Part shown: piece by piece, positions 61,467 to 64,000 of the stretch
Position numbering within the stretch: position 1 is the first letter of the stretch
Layout: each line of letters begins with the position of its first letter
Assembly (NCBI RefSeq): GCF_009914755.1
Contig: NC_060925.1
Strand: one strand, 5' to 3'
Source of the DNA: the human T2T-CHM13v2.0 reference genome, Homo sapiens
Length of the DNA: 64,000 nucleotides
Notes under the pieces: model-generated
What the model was told of the DNA's origin: nothing
Seen by the model: only the letters and a program-made list of their open reading frames with translations
Database searches by the model: none
Program-made: the position numbers and the translations under genes

Positions 61467-62284
61467 TCAGATTTTCTATTGACTTCATTTCTATATAGCC
61501 AGACAGTAATGAATTGGTTCTGCTGAAAACTGTGGTCAGGATAAGTTAGAAACCCTTTTGTTTCCTTATGTATGTCTTTCTAAATTTCTGCTGAGCTACA
61601 TCTTAATACCTTATTCCCAGACCTCAGCTCAGTGCCCCAGTGCCTGACACAAAATAGGCTCAAATAATAATTAGTTGAAATATAAATAATGATCATAATG
61701 CTAAATGACAAACAGCCCTTCTACTACTGGGTGACCTCGGGCAAGTCACTGCATCTGATGCTCTCTTCATTCATAAAATAATAGACAAGGCTGGTGGTTG
61801 CTAACCAGCTGGGTCAAGACTGGTGTTATTGTAAAGATGTGAAAATGCATATACATTCTATAATAAGTCCTACATAAAAACAGAATATACTATTTGTCAT
61901 ATATATATGTATGTGCGTATGCACACCACACATAAAACAAATAACAGTTTTACATGCATGTAGATTACTGTGTCTAAGAAAACCAGTATCATTTAAAAGC
62001 ACTGTAGAGTTTATAACATCTTTTGGCTACTATGTATTTCGTTAATGAGCACATACAAAAATGTAAAATTACAACCATTTTGACATTCTAAAACACCTTC
62101 ACACTCCAACAGGGCATCACTGGATTAAATGATCTTCAATGTCCTATCTAGCACAAATATCTGTGGTTCCAATTCAACAGAAAGCAGAAAATATTTCTCA
62201 AGTGTTAGCTATATACACAGCAAACAACCAAGTGGAAAGCAGAAAATACAGCCAATGAACTCTACAAGTAGAAAATGTGAGCAT

Positions 62285-62573
<289 letters not shown>

Positions 62574-62862
62574 CATTTTCTTTTTTACTAAAGCTGCTGC
62601 CATGACTGGCTTTATCATGCCACTCCCCCTCCCCTGTCCCCAAGGTACACTGGCATGGTCCTGCTCTCCAGAGTAAGTTCTACACATAAATGACCCTTTT
62701 CCCTTTGTCCAGTAAATGGCTGGGCCATGTCCTTTAAACCAGCAGTAGCTGTTAACTCTTGGTTAACCACACCCCATACCCACAATGTCAAGCAATAAAT
62801 GTTTTTGGGAGATAACTAAAGAGGCTGCTGGAAACATTTGCTGCATGTTCAATAGTGACTGA

Positions 62863-63150
<288 letters not shown>

Positions 63151-63766
63151 AGATAGGCATTTCATAAGAATCATACAACCTGTCCTCCCTGTACCTGGGG
63201 CATACACAGACCAAGGGTACAATGCGTATGAGCTAAAGAGATCCTGGCTGCAACGTATTTGAGCAAAAAAATAATAATCATTTGTATTATACAATGAAGA
63301 GAGATGATGAAATGGTTGTGACTTATTTGAGAATATAAACTATAGTGATCAATAAAATCACATTTGGTGCGGTATTTAACCCATTTATAGAGATGTATAT
63401 TTTCACTCTATGTTAATTTGCAGGGACATTTGAGAGGAAATGTCTGTATAATAAAAACATTAAAATAGAAATATTTCAATCTCAGTTTTGCCTAAGGCCC
63501 CAAGTCCTTGTTTATCAGGATTTGAAAACAAGATAACCAGAAAAAAAAACTTTATGACTCTGAGTCCCTCAGTCATCTTGAGGATATAAATCTGATATGT
63601 ATATTAAGGGTTCAAAATGGTAGGATTAGAAATTAAAATAAGGCTTATTTGGATAAATTGTTCTATAAACCCCCTCCCATAGGGAGTGTGGGGGAGTTTG
63701 CCTCTCACCTCAATCCAAGAGAAAGGTTTTAGACATCTTGATATGTAGCCCCTGGGGTTTGGAAAC

Positions 63767-64000
63767 TGTATTAGTCAGTGTTCTCCAAAGAGACTGAATC
63801 AATAGAATACAGATATAGATGTAGATACAGATAGATGTGAGGGAATTTATTAGGGGAATGGAGTCACACAATTATGGAGGCTGAGACATCCCACATAGGC
63901 CTTCTGCAAACTGGAGAACCAGAGAAGCCAGGAGAGTGGCTCAGTCCAAGTCCGAAGGCCTGAGAATCAAGGAAGTTAATGGTGTAGCTCTGTCTGAGGC
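63767..64000 (-). mobile_element. MLT2-type (ERVL) LTR running off the window end
   Basis: tgtattagtcagtgttctcc...attatggaggctgag...ctcagtccaagtccgaaggcctgaga. Confidence 0.85.

Overview
Primate (human-like) non-coding genomic DNA, AT-rich and heavily repeat-derived. It holds about 32 Alu elements or fragments (J, S and Y types), many LTRs (ERV1/MER4-group solo LTRs, an HML-6-type LTR3, MaLR THE1/MLT1, ERVL LTR33/MLT2), a full-length THE1 provirus, L1 3' fragments, L2/MIR relics, DNA transposons (MER5, MER3, MER2, MER47A, Charlie1, MER63) and microsatellites. No protein-coding gene, structural RNA gene or CpG island can be supported. Most of the supplied ORFs, including the longest, are translations of Alu, THE1 or simple repeats, and the rest are short frames with no recognisable domain. 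I found no evidence of a new biological system. The most informative signals are rearrangement and evolutionary footprints: (1) a ~1.03 kb Alu-Alu recombination tandem duplication with a chimeric junction Alu, containing a 212-bp perfectly identical block that suggests gene conversion; (2) a THE1 provirus whose two LTRs belong to different subfamilies and which lacks a TSD; (3) a nested ERV1-LTR > LTR3 > AluY structure that keeps a triplicated ETS motif, TATA and YY1 site; (4) repeated reuse of single Alu target sites. Repeat subfamily names come from recalled consensus sequences and need RepeatMasker/Dfam confirmation. The locus itself was not identified.
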